Source: Lama glama
Lineage: Eukaryota
Direction: 5' to 3'
DNA length: 64,000 bases
NCBI GenBank assembly: GCA_028534125.1
Contig: CM052818.1
Location: forward strand, 42,844,001-42,908,000
Part shown: positions 50,325-62,480 of the stretch, in pieces
Layout of the letters: every line of letters starts with the position of its first letter
Position numbering within the stretch: the first letter of the stretch is position 1
Notes under the pieces: model-generated
Seen by the model: the letters and a program-made list of their open reading frames with translations, nothing else
Databases searched by the model: none
Told to the model about the DNA's origin: nothing
Position numbers and translations under genes: made by a program

Positions 50325-50520
50325 TTATAAAGTAGATAAGTAAGTTCATAACTGTACAGAACAGGGAACTATATTCAATATCATATAGTCACTTACAGTG
50401 AAAAAGAAGATGAAAATGAACATGTCATGGCTTCATGTATGACTGAAGCCTTATGCTATACACCAGAAATCGACATATTGTAAACTGACTATACTTCAAT
50501 AAAAAAAAAATACACACAAA
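50325..50520 (+). mobile_element. LINE-1 3' end fragment (sense)
   Basis: acagggaactatattcaatatc...acaccagaaat...actgactatacttcaataaaaaaaaaa. Confidence 0.88.
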
Positions 50521-50530
50521 GGTTACAGTA

Positions 50531-50632
50531 TTTTTTTCATTTAAGTATAGTCAGTTATAATGTGTTAATCTCTGGTGTACGGCATAATGTCCCAGTTGTA
50601 CATATATATACATATATTCATTTCCATATTCT
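50531..50632 (-). mobile_element. LINE-1 3' end fragment (antisense), tail-to-tail with the previous copy
   Basis: Poly-T then aagtatagtcagttataatgtgttaatctctggtgtacggcataatgtcccag. Confidence 0.88.
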
Positions 50633-52169
50633 AAAAATTACAGTATGGTAGCACTGACAACACGTTTTCCCACACATGTCCTTTGAACACTTTTGGATGG
50701 CAGTGTTACTTGGGCACACCAGCTGGCTTGGGGTATATTCTGTTCTGAGGGCTGATGATTTGGTTTTCCCAAATTTCTGCACCAGACTTTGCCCCGATGC
50801 CTTTCTCCAGGGCGAGTACCTTCAATATATTTGGTTCTCTGTGAAGTACTGGTAACCTGATTTCACCAATGAAAAAATTGAAGTTTAGAGACATTTGGTG
50901 ACTTGCCCCCAGGTGACAGGTCTGGCCGGTGGAATTGCTCAGCCCACAATCCTGGGCTGTCTGACTTGAAAGCTCTGTCTCTTATTCACTTATTTCTCTT
51001 GTTCACTGCTCTAAGTAAGTTACCTTAGCTACCTGCTTAAAATAATTTCTGCAAGTTTCCTTCTGCTTAGGATCTTAACAATATGACAAACGGATTGCTT
51101 GGCGCTTACAAAGTTATATCATGTAGTTCAGTTATTTCAGTGTAAGTAGAACAGAGGACTGATGATAGCTACAGTCATCTGTCCTTTGAGACCCTGATAA
51201 CATTGATCCAGTTTTCTGCTTGCACTCATCTCTCATGTCCCATGTCTGCTTTCTCCCTACCCATCCAGGGGTGGAATTCTCTTAGAGATGGTTGTGTGTA
51301 TAAAACAGACTATAAACATAAAAATTTGGGGGGCAGTGATTGGGTTCGAATTTGTAGCAGTGCAGACAACATAAAAAATGCATACCATAAAATTAAATAT
51401 ATAAGTTTCATTACAGGAAGAATATAGTAGCTAGAGTTCATCATTAACAATACAGAAGGAGACTAAAGCTCAGACTTGCCTTTCACTCTGTATCATGTAC
51501 TTTACCTTTAATATGGCCTCTGTCAGATGCCTGTCTTTCTGACATCTTGGCACTTGAAGATACTTTCTCTTTCTGCCTCTCTCAGAGCACAAGGGCCCAG
51601 CCATTCTCAGGCCCACTACTCCTCTTGTAGCTCAGTCCCCCTCATTTTGTTCCGAGGACTTGGTTTTCCATTTCCTCTAAGTGGCTCACGCATGTTCTCC
51701 AAAGCCAAAGGCCACCTGCCTCTTTACTCCTCTTTCGGCAGCCTGGCGAACCCGCAAGTACTTAAGTTTTATCTTTTCTTCCCCTCGGAATCCTCATCAG
51801 TATAAAGATAGAAAATTGGCCATTTTCTTTCCTTGCTGTTCATACGCTGACCCCCAAAACATTCAAAAGGGGAAGCTTCTACAGCTGGATCTGGGTTCAT
51901 ACATCTACTTGAAATGTTCTTCCCACCACACACTCGCATAGTACACAGACCCACAACATCCATCTGTTTTCAAATAGCTCCTCACTAAGGAGTGGAGGGG
52001 AACACGAAGAACCCTTTTCACTTCCTCTCGGTCACTGTCCAACTCCACTGACTCTCTTCCATACTGCCCCTGCTCTGCGTTGGCTTGTGTACACTTATTT
52101 TCACTTTTTTTTGGATCATCTGAAGAAAATATTTAGTCTTTTTAGCTTAGTCGAGGGTGTGACTGAGGT

Positions 52170-52420
52170 TCTGCATCACAGGGTTGGGTGAGCATCAGAC
52201 TCTGGACGGGGCTGGACAGCTGAGCGCCAGCTTGGCTCATGTTAAGTGCAACTCTGGACGAGCATCTACTCTACACTTGAATTTTCTCATGGTAAAACAG
52301 GGAAACAAGCAATAATTACTGTGAAGACGGGAACTGAAATTCTTCTAAGAGGAGACTTGAACATGGTGCCTGGCACGTGGAAAGCTCTCAACGTATGCAA
52401 GTCCCTAATCTCATTACTAT
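52170..52420 (+). mobile_element. MIR SINE
   Basis: gagcatcagactctgga...ttttctcatggtaaaacaggg...gaacatggtgcctggcacgtggaaagctctca. Confidence 0.75.
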
Positions 52421-52463
52421 TTCTGTTCTTTCCAAAAAGAATTGTGAATATTGGTTTCTGATT

Positions 52464-52526
52464 ATTTTTTTAACTGAAATACAGTCAGTTGCGACATGTC
52501 GGTTTCTGGTGTACAGAATAATGTCT
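52464..52526 (-). mobile_element. ~60 bp LINE-1 terminal fragment
   Basis: tttttttaactgaaatacagtcagtt..atgtcggtttctggtgtacagaataatgtc, same type as 40264. Confidence 0.75.
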
Positions 52527-53699
52527 CTAATTTTTCTTACTTTAGGAGTCAAGTCTCCGCTTTGGAAAGACCCATACATAGCGCCGTTTCTTCTTTGCAA
52601 GTTCTGTGCTCCAACCTGCTGCTTGCATGTTCTGTGCTGAAAGAGGGATTTATTCTCCTTTAGACAGAAGTGAACTCTCTTTGGGCATAAAATGGACGCC
52701 CTGGCCCTTCTTGTACAATAATAGTTAAATCAAACATTCTCTTCCAAACTTCACCTGCCCAGTGTTGTAGCTTTAGGTTTAATCTCAGGTTAATTATTTT
52801 TGCCTGGCATTGTGTTTGCCACCTTAGTTCGTATGACCCTGTTGTATAGAGGATGAACTGAAGACTGGAGAGGCTGAGTCGCATGTGTGGTGCAGCCGTG
52901 TAACTAATAAATACCTCCCTAGAGTTTGAGCCACAGAAGGGTCCAAGACACGCTTGTTCCTTGAATAAGTCACTCAGCAATACTCACTGTGCAACGAGAT
53001 AGTGATTAAATAAATGCACGTTCAAAGAAGTTTTTAAATGGTAGGTCAGCACCATTATTAGGCTGAAGACTAAACCTTGTCCTTTTGTTTCCGGTAAAAT
53101 CTTTATCCACCTGCAAAGCACTGTCCAGCCATTAGCAAGGAAGCATGAAAATGTACTTAAGTTGATCTCCGTGTGCCTTCGCCACCCCTCCTCCTGACAG
53201 GGAGGTCCAAGGATGTTTTTCCCCCTGAACAGACAGGTGAAAACACAATGAATCATGTGCAATCCAAGGGAGAGAATGAGAACACTGCCAAGAGTTTCCA
53301 ACATGGACTTGACGTAAGAACCAAAAACAACTCTTACTGATTTCAACTGGAAAACAGATTCTTCTTCCAGAAAGGCTGAGGGCTACTGCATGCAAAGGCT
53401 GTGCCAGGCTCTAAATTACTCCTCTTCAGAGCAGCTTTGGCACTTCAAAGCAATTCAGTTCGGGTCTCAGGGAAAAGGGCACCTGTGCAGTCACCTCAGT
53501 GTGCCTCACCACAAGTACCAAACTGCTGAAAGGAGCTGCCACTCACTGAGGGACAAGAGCCGCCCAACTGTCCCAGGAGGAGGCCAGCTTGATTCAGCAG
53601 CTGAGATTCTAAAGTGCCCTGAATGGTCCCTTCTATCCATCACTACTAACTGATTTTACTCGAGCCTCAATTTTTCTTCTTATTTCTTCTTTCTGCTCT

Positions 53700-54110
53700 T
53701 GCATCAGGCGAACAAGTCTCAGTCTGGGGTCTAGCCCTCATTCCATCACAACTGCCCAGCATTCTTGGTAACTGTACATCTGGTCATGTTAATTCTCTGC
53801 TCAGAATCCTTCAACTCATTGTATGGCATTCAAAGACCTCAATGTTTTTGGTCTCTTGTCTCCCTTTCCTACTGCATTTTCTTTCTCACGTTTTGTTTTC
53901 CATCAGTAGTGACATCTCTGTGCCTTTACACGTGCTGTTTTCTGTTTGGCACCCTTGTCCTCCCTCCTCCTGGTTGTTTAGTCATCAGCTCTTCCCAAAT
54001 AAATACCTCTCCCCCTCTGCTGGGCTAAGGGTTGTTTTTCCCTGGTGAACACCCTATGCTTACCTTTCCAAAGGAGTGTTTTCTCCTTCTGTGAAATCAT
54101 CACTGGAGGC
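53700..54110 (+). mobile_element. L2 fragment
   Basis: catctggtcatgttaattctctgctcagaatccttcaa...tggcattcaaagacc...ctctgtgcctttacacgtgctg. Confidence 0.6.
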
Positions 54111-54239
54111 TAAACACAGATTCTGATATGGCTTAAATAAGCTGTTTTAAATTCACATCCTTTCAGGCTTTAATCTTCAATAGATGCCCTGTGACCCAAC
54201 ATGTGAGAGTTTGTATTGTGGTTTAACACACGGTGATTC

Positions 54240-57200
54240 TTTTTTTTTTTTTAATTGAGGTACAGTTGACTTATAATATTACATTATTTTTAGTTATACA
54301 ATATAGACTTGATATTTTTAAAGATTACAAACCATACAAAGTTGTTATAAAATACTGACTATATTCCTTGTGCTGTACATCACATCCCTGTGACTTATTT
54401 ATTTTATAGCTGGCAGTTTGTATTTCATAATCCCTTTCCCCTATTTCGTCTCTCCTCCTACTCCTCTCCCTTCTGGCAACCACTAGTTTGTTGTATATTT
54501 GCTTCTGTTTTGTTATATTTGTTCTTTTTTTTTGGATTCTGTATATAAGTGAAAACATACAGTGTTTGTCTTTCTCTGACTTTTTCATGAAGCATAATAC
54601 TCTGCAGGTCTATAGGTGTTGTCACATATGGTTAAGATTTCATTTTTATGGCTGAGTAATATTCCATTATATATCTATCTCTCCTACATCATCTTTATCC
54701 ATTCATTTACTGATGGGCACTTAGGTTGCTTCCATATCTTGGCTATTGTAAATAATGCTGCAGTAAACACTGTGTTGAATATATCTTTTCAAATTAGTAT
54801 TTTTATTTTCTTTACATATATACCCAGGAATGTAAATGCTGGATCACATGGTGGTTTATTTTTGATTTTTGAGGAATCTCCGTGCTGTTTTCCATAGCAG
54901 CTGCACCAATTTACATTCCCATCAACAGTGTACTAGGGTTTCCTTTTCTCCACGTCCTCCCCAACATTTGTTATTATCTGTCTTTCTGGCTACTGTAATT
55001 CTGACAAGAGTGAGGTGTTATCTCACTGTGGTTTCTATTTGAATTTCCCTGATGATTGGTAATGTTGAGGTATTTTGATAGGGCGTGCACAGAATTTGTA
55101 GATTGCTTTGGTTAGTATGGACATTGCAGTGCCATTAATTCTTGTGATCCAAGAGCATGGCATATCTTTCCACTTATTTGTGACATCTTCAATTTCTTTT
55201 ATGAGTGTCTTCTAGTTTTCAGAGTTTAAGTCTTTCACCTCCTTGGTTAAATTTATTCCTCAGTATTTTATTCTTTTTGATTTGATTCTAAGTGAGATTG
55301 TTTTCTTGATTTTGCTTTCTTATACTTCATTATTAATGTATAGAAATGTGACAGATTTCTGTATATTAATTTTGTATCCTGCAAATTTACTGAATTCATT
55401 TATTCTAATAGTTTTTTGATGGAGTCTTTAGGTGGACTCTTTCTATATATAGTATAATATCTTCAAATAGTGAAGAGGTTTACTTGTAGCCTTCCAATTT
55501 GGATGGCTTTTATTCTTTTTCGTTGTCTGACTGTTGTGGCTAGGACTTCCGATATATATTAGCTAGGAGTTTGTCACAAATGGCCTTTATTATGTTGAGA
55601 TATTTTCTATCTATACTTTTAGAGTTTTATCATGGTAGGGTGCTGAATTTTGTCAGATGCTTTTTCTGCATCTATTGAGAGGATCACTTTCATTTTTATC
55701 TTTTGTTTAATGTAGCATGTTGAATGATTTGTAGATATTGAACCATCCCTTCATCCCTGAGATAAATCCCACTTAATCATGATGTATGAGCTTTTTAATG
55801 TATCGTTGAATTCAGTTTGCTAATATTTGTTAAGGATTTTTGCATTTATGTTCATCATCTGTGTCACCTGTAATTTTCATTTTTTTATGGTGTCTTTTCT
55901 GGCTTTGGTATTAGGGTAATGCTGGCCTTGCAGGATGAGTTTTAAAGTGTTGCCTCTTCATTTTTTGGAATAGTTTGAGGAGGATAGGTATTGACTCAAG
56001 TGTTTTGTAGAATTTTCTTGTGAAGCTGTCTGGTCCTGGACTATTGCTTGTTGGGAGTTTTATGTTTAGTGATTAAATATCATTACTAGTAACTGGTCTG
56101 TTCATGTTTTCTACTTCTTCCTGATTCAGTCTTGGATGATCATTTCTAGTTTTTTATCCATTCCTCCTATGTTGTCCAATTTGTTGATGTATAACTGTTC
56201 ATAGTATTCTCTGATCATTGTATTTCTGCCATATTGATTGTAACTTTTCCTCTTTCATTTCTCATTTTATTTATTTGGGCCCTCTCTTTTCTTGAGAAGT
56301 CTGGCTAAAGATTATCAATTTTGTTTATTCAACAAACTAGCTCTTAGTTTCATTAATCTTTTCTAATTTTTTGTCTCTATTTTATTGATTTCTGCTCTGA
56401 TCTTTATTATTTCCTTTATTAGGCTAATTTTTGCTTTTGTTCTTCTTTTTCTAATTCCTTTCCATGGAAAGTTGTGTTTCTATTTCCATTCCTCTCAAGG
56501 TTTTTTTTTTTTTTTTTAATATCCTATTTCTTCATTGACCCATAAGTTTTTTGGTAGCATGTTGTTTAGTCTCCATGTGTTTGTGGGGTTTCTTTTTTCC
56601 CCCTAGTTTTATTCCTATGATTGATTTTTGGTTTCTTACTGTTGTGGTCAGAAAATTTGCTTGATATGATTTCAGTCTTCTTAAATTCACTGAGACTTGT
56701 TCTGTGGCCTGCCATGGAATCTATCTTGGAGAAAGTTCCATGTGCACTTAAAGAGAATGTATATTCTGTTGTTTTTGAATGGATGGTCTGTATCTATTAA
56801 ATCCATCTGATCTAGTGTGTCATTTGAGGTCACTATTGATTTTCTGTCTGGATGATCTATCCATTGATATCAATGGGGAGTTAAAGTTTCCTACTATTTT
56901 TGTCAATTTCTCCTTTATGTCTGTTAATACTTGTTTTATATATTTAGCTGCTCCTGTATTAGGTCATATATGTTTGCAAATGTGTGTTCTCTTCTTGAAT
57001 GAACTCTTTTATCATTATATAATGTCCTTCTTGGTCTTTTGTTACAAATTTTGCTTTTAAAGTCTACTTTATCTGATATGAATACTGCTACCCCAATTTT
57101 CTTTTTATTTCTATTTGCGTGGAAAGATTTCTCCATCTCTTTACCTTTAGCTCTGAAGTGAGTCTCTTGTTGAACTATTCAGCCATCCTATATATTTTGA

Positions 57201-59376
57201 TTGGGGCATTTAGTCCACTTACATTTGGAGTGATTGTTGATTGCTATGTACTCATTGCTATTTGTTACCTGTTTTCTGGATTTTTTTTTTTTAAGTTAGT
57301 CTCTGTTCTCTTACTCTCTTGCCTTGCGGTTTGCTGATCTTTAGTGTTAGGTTTGGAGTCCTTTCTCTTTGTTTTTGTGCAGTTATTATATGCTTTTGGT
57401 TTGTGGTCACCATGAGGTTAATATGTATCAGTATCTCTATATATTTTTTAAAACTGATGATTGTTTAAGTTCAAATACATTCTGAAAGCCTTACATCTTT
57501 TACTTTCCCCCATGCTTTATATTTTTGATGATATGTTTTACATCTTTATGTGTATTCCTTAACTGTTTATTGTAGTTATAGTTGATATTACAACTGTCTT
57601 TTAACTTTTGTACTCATCTTTTTAAGAGGTTGACCTACTGCCTATACTAAATATTTGCTTTTATCAGAGAGATTATTTTCCCTCATATATTTTTTGATTT
57701 TGTAACTGGCCCTTTCTTTTTCATGTAACATTTTTTATAATGCTGATGATGAACTCTTATTTTTTGCTTATCTCAGAAACTTTATCTCTCCTTCAGTTCT
57801 GAATGATAACCCTGCTGGGGAGAGTATTTTTGGTTGTATTTTTTTTCCCTTTCAGCACTTTAAATATATTATGCTACTCCCTTCTGGCCGAAGTTTCTGC
57901 TGAAAAATATGCTAATAGTCCTATGGGAGCTCCCTAGTATGTGACTCTGTTTTGCTCTTGCTGCCTTTAAATTTTTCTCTTTTAAGCTTTACCGTTTAAA
58001 TTATGATGTGTCTTGGTGTGGGGTCTCTTTGGGTTTGTCCTTTTTCAAGAATGTGATTCCTGAATATCTGTTTCCTCCTTCAGATAAGAGGATGTTTTCA
58101 GCTATTATTTCATCCAGTGCATTTTCTTCCCCTTTCTCTCTTTCTGGGAGCAAATGTTAGTATGCTTGATGTTCCATTAAATATTTTTGTTGTCGTCGTT
58201 CTGTGTGATTTGCACTATTCTGTCTTCCAGGTCACTTATGCATCCTTTTGTATCACCTAATTTGCTGTTGATTCCCTCTAATGTGTTTTTCATCTCAGTT
58301 ATTATATTCTTCAGCTTTGGTTCTTTTTTCACATTTTCTAATTCCTTGTTGAAGTTCTCACTGTGTTCCTCTGTTCTTTTCTGAGTTAGGTGAGCATTCT
58401 TATGACAGTTACTCTGAACTTTTTGTCAGGTAGTTATCTCAGTTTTATTAGTTTTTTTCTTGGATTTTATATTGTTCTTTGGTTTGGAACATATTCCTCT
58501 GTCTCCTCATTTTGTTTGACTTTGTTTTTCTCTTTGAAATTAGGCAAAATTGGTCTTGGAGTGTCCTTATGTACGCGGTCCACATGTGCCTAGTGGTTTT
58601 ACTGGGGGGGGGGCTGGATCTAACATGAGCACAGACTGGGACTTTTTCTGGGGCATGCCGGTGTGGTTGCCCTGGAGAATGTGGGTTGGATCCAGGGAAG
58701 GGTGGGGGGCTGAAAATGGAGCCCAGGTTGGACTGGGGCTTCTCCCAGGGCTTGCTGGTGGCCACTGCCTTGACAGAGGGTGGGGCTAGAGCTGCAGCCT
58801 CATGCAAGCCATGGCTCCTCCCAGGGCATGCTGGCTGCCACTGCCTTGGTGGGGTACGGGGCTGGAGCTACAGCCTGATACAGGCAGGGAGGTGCACTGG
58901 GGTGGTCTTCACAGGCCAGCCAGGACACCAGGCACTTTTCAATCTGCTGTTTCTGCACTGGGACTGCAAGAGCAGCTCTATGAGTGTCTCAGTTTCCTAC
59001 AGCTCTCCAGTAAACCCCACAGGTTTTCAAAACCAGCCAAGGGATCTCTCTGGTGCTAGACCCAAGGGGTGGGGTGCCCAACAAAGGACTTGAACCCCTC
59101 ACTCTTTCAAGAGGATCCCTGAGCTTATGATATCCTCTTCCTCCTCGGAGGTGCCCACTGGGGGAGTGGGTTCCAAGGTGGTCATTTCTCTTCCCCTCCT
59201 ACCAGTCTCGTATTTTTTTGCTTTAATGTCCTTGGTTGCAGAAGAGCTGTTCTGGTAGTCTTCAGGTCATTCTCAGAGAAAGAGTCATTCTCTGCATAGT
59301 TGGCATTGGAATTCTGGTGTGTTTGTGGGAGGAGGTGAGCTCAGGGTCTCCCTCTCTGCCATCCTGATCTCTCTCC
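54240..59376 (-). mobile_element. Near end-to-end, internally deleted, decayed LINE-1 (L1MA-like)
   Basis: Poly-T and 3' UTR at 54240. ORF2 remnants include the endonuclease peptide HANRNKKKIGVAVFISDKVDFK (56936-57136 -). ORF1 region ~57700-58550, GC-rich 5' UTR ~58560-59376 ending ctctgccatc (sense GATGGC start motif). Confidence 0.9.
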
Positions 59377-59379
59377 ACA

Positions 59380-59600
59380 TGCACTGTCAAGTCAGACAAA
59401 CTGGGTTCAAAGTATAATTCTGCCAATTACCACTATATGTCCTTGAACAATTTTCCTAACTGTGGAAATCATTTTTTTCTTTCTATAACAGAGATAATAC
59501 TGCCAATTAGGGTTTTGGTAATAATTAAGTAAGATCAGGCATAAGTAAGAAGTATTTAGAACAGAATGGTAAATATACGTTGAGCAGTAAATACTGTAAG
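59380..59600 (+). mobile_element. MIR SINE 3' part (5' part apparently at ~54210-54235)
   Basis: agtcagacaaactgggttcaaa...ctgccaattac...ccttgaacaa...tttagaacag. Confidence 0.7.
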
Positions 59601-59945
59601 CGATATATCAAATTTAAAAATATTTTTTGACCTTTCTGTCACAAATTGATTTCTGTTTTTTTCATAGAATTTTCCTTTTTTCCTAGGGTCTCAGAATGTA
59701 CATGTGTACAATGAACGTCCATGCTAGGGTTACAGAGATGAGGTAGGAGAGGCAAGCAGGTCCTTCTAGGCCACTTAAGGGTGTTGTCCTGAGGTTTAAA
59801 TGAGTTAGTAAATGTAAAGTGACTGACACATAACTGGTGCTTAAGAAATGTTTAGATTGCCTTCTCTCCCTGTGTGTGAGGTGGGATGGCAAAATTTGGT
59901 TCTTTGAGGTTGTTTCTTTTCTTGGAAAAAGATGTAAAGCCAAAC

Positions 59946-60395
59946 TGAGTTAGGCAGAATAGTGACTATCCTAATACTTGGAACCTGTGAAATATGGAAG
60001 GTTACAAAAGGCAGGTTAAGGTACCAGGTACGATGAAAGTTGTTAACTAGCTGATCTTAAGACAGAGTGGTGCTCCTGGATTATCCAGGTGGGCTCAGCG
60101 TCATCACAAGGGTCCTGAAAAGTGGAAGAGGAGGCAGAAGAGGGTCAGAGAAAGACATGTGACAATAGAAGTAGGGCCAGAGAGAGGTAACGTGGCTAGT
60201 TTTGAGGGTGGAGGAAGGGAGCCACGAGCCAAGGGGTGTGGGTGGCTTCCAGAGACTTTAAAATTCAAGAAAATGGATTTACCCTTAGAAGGACTACAGC
60301 CCTGCAGACACCTTATGACTGAGCCACATGACAGTAAGTTTGTGTTGTTGTGAGTCACTAGTCATTTGTTACAGCAGCAATAGAAAATTAATGCA
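59946..60395 (+). mobile_element. MLT1D-like LTR
   Basis: ggcagaata...ggaacctgtgaa...ctggattatccaggtgggc...ggaagggagccacgagccaagg...tttgttacagcagcaatagaaaattaatgca. Confidence 0.88.
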
Positions 60396-60739
60396 TTTCT
60401 GATGGAGAGGAGTCCAGCGTTTTGGTTACAGGGCACTATGTTCGTAGTTAAAACTGCCTCTAAAGTAAGGAACTGGATTTCTTGGGGAGACCATGAAGGC
60501 TCACAGCACATAAATGTAAAAGAATGAGAAACACGTAAGCTGTGAGGATTTCTCTTATTGGCAGACCTTAGGGAAAGCCGGGGTGCATTCAGGACAATGC
60601 TAGGGGCCTCTTATGGTCTTGCTCTCCCTGTGTCTAAGGGGAGATGACTGCATGTTGGTGAGGAAGAGATGCTGGGGCAGCAGTTCTTGTACGATGCTGC
60701 ACACCCATTAGTCATTTCATCCTGATAATGACAAGAACA

Positions 60740-60960
60740 ATAAATGACCATGAACTTGTTTAGCACATTTCAGGAGCTGTACATTATTACTAATGCTCAA
60801 CATAAAAAGAAAAATCATGTACCTATTATACCTATTTTTAAAATTAGGAAACGAAAATACAGAGATGCCCAATGACTCACCCAAAGGTATAAAGTGCAAT
60901 CATGGTGCCTCTACCGATGCTTAGGTCTTTGTGACCCAAGTCTCTGCTTTGTACGCTGTA
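60740..60960 (-). mobile_element. MIR SINE
   Basis: tattatacctattttaaaattaggaaacgaa...tgactcacccaaag. Confidence 0.6.
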
Positions 60961-62029
60961 TGGTACTGTCTCCCTAACAAGCTGCACCTCGATTTTTCAT
61001 TTTGGAAGTACAAAAGCAGCTGGCATTGTGCTAAAACTTGTATCACACCTTAGTTTGTGAAATCCGCCTCCCCACCATGAAACAATCCTGTACGCAGAGC
61101 TAGCTGATGGATTAGATATTCAGTGCTCACTATTTCTAATAGATATTGCACGTCAGTCTGCTGCTTATGGTATGGAAGAGCTATTATTTTGCTACAATAT
61201 CATCATATAAAATGTAATTGTATTTTCCCAGGCCCAGTGCTGTGATATGCAGTAACAATGAAATCGGAGGCTGTTAGGACATTTTCTCAGAACAAAATGT
61301 GTCCCTGAAGAAACAGTGTGATGTGGCTTATCCTGGTGTGTTATTTTCTCCAGAGCACTTGTCTCCTCCCCCTGCAAGCGCACATATTTTAAGTTGCACA
61401 AAGAACACTTTCAAGAGGACTGTGAAATGAAAGGCCCACACAGTGATGGAGGACTCCGGGGGGCATGTGTGCGTGTTTGCTTTCCTTAGGCGGATTCTGA
61501 AAAGGCACAGGATGTGGGAGGTGTTATGGTAGGTTTCATGAGGCCTGGGGAGCATGAAAGAATCCCTCCACGAACCTTATTTTTGCAGAACTTCAAAGAG
61601 AGGCCACGAAAGAACAGGTCTATGAGCAGTCAGGCTAGTAATTCACCATCTACTGTTTGTTTCAGTTGTGTTTCAAGTCCGTTGCGCAGGTGACCTCACG
61701 CGGTGGTGAGCACTCCTGCTTGTCAAGACTTGACTCAAGTGGATTGCCACCTGGGTTTTTTGGTTTTTTTTTTCCTCTCCGAGGATATGCATGCTCATCT
61801 GGAAGGCCTGATAGTGAATAAGGAACCAGCAAATTAAGACAGACACATGATGACTGACCTGTAGGTTTTATCCCCAAGAAGTTTCTTATTTATTCCTTTA
61901 TATTAATGATTTTAATTATATTTAACCTGTATACTCAAAACCCAAGTGCCAATTGTTTCCAAGAGAATACTGTTTTTATTTCTCTCTAGATGAGGCCACT
62001 TCATGCATCCTGTGGATGTGACAACGGGT

Positions 62030-62480
62030 ATGATCCTGCCTTTGAGAAACTTGTCACCTAACTGGGGGGAAGAGACCACACATGTGGAAAAATCAGAGGT
62101 ATTTAAGGCACCTACTACAGTGGGCTTTACACATTAAGGAACTGAGAATTATTTGGTTATAAAAGGGTGCTACTGCTCTGAGCCACAATTACCAACATGT
62201 TCTAGAAAGCAGTGAGTGTATAAGCTGGACTGTAAGGGAACTGGTAGAATTTGAAGGGGTAGCAGAGGAAAACGAGGGCATTCTAGGCAACAAGCTGATG
62301 CATGCCCATGTGCCTGGGTAGGTCTGCAGGAAGTTGAGGCTTCTAAGAGGAGGAACGAGAAAGGGGCTGGAAAGGCAGGTTAGGCAGGGCGTTGTGTGCT
62401 CCCGTAGATGTTTACACCTGACGCTGCAGGTAAAGGCAGCATCTGACAAACTGCCTTTTCTTTTTTAAAATCAAGGTCCT
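62030..62480 (-). mobile_element. L2 fragment
   Basis: cctgcctttgagaaactt...gagggcattctaggcaac...ggggctggaaaggcaggtt. Confidence 0.6.
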
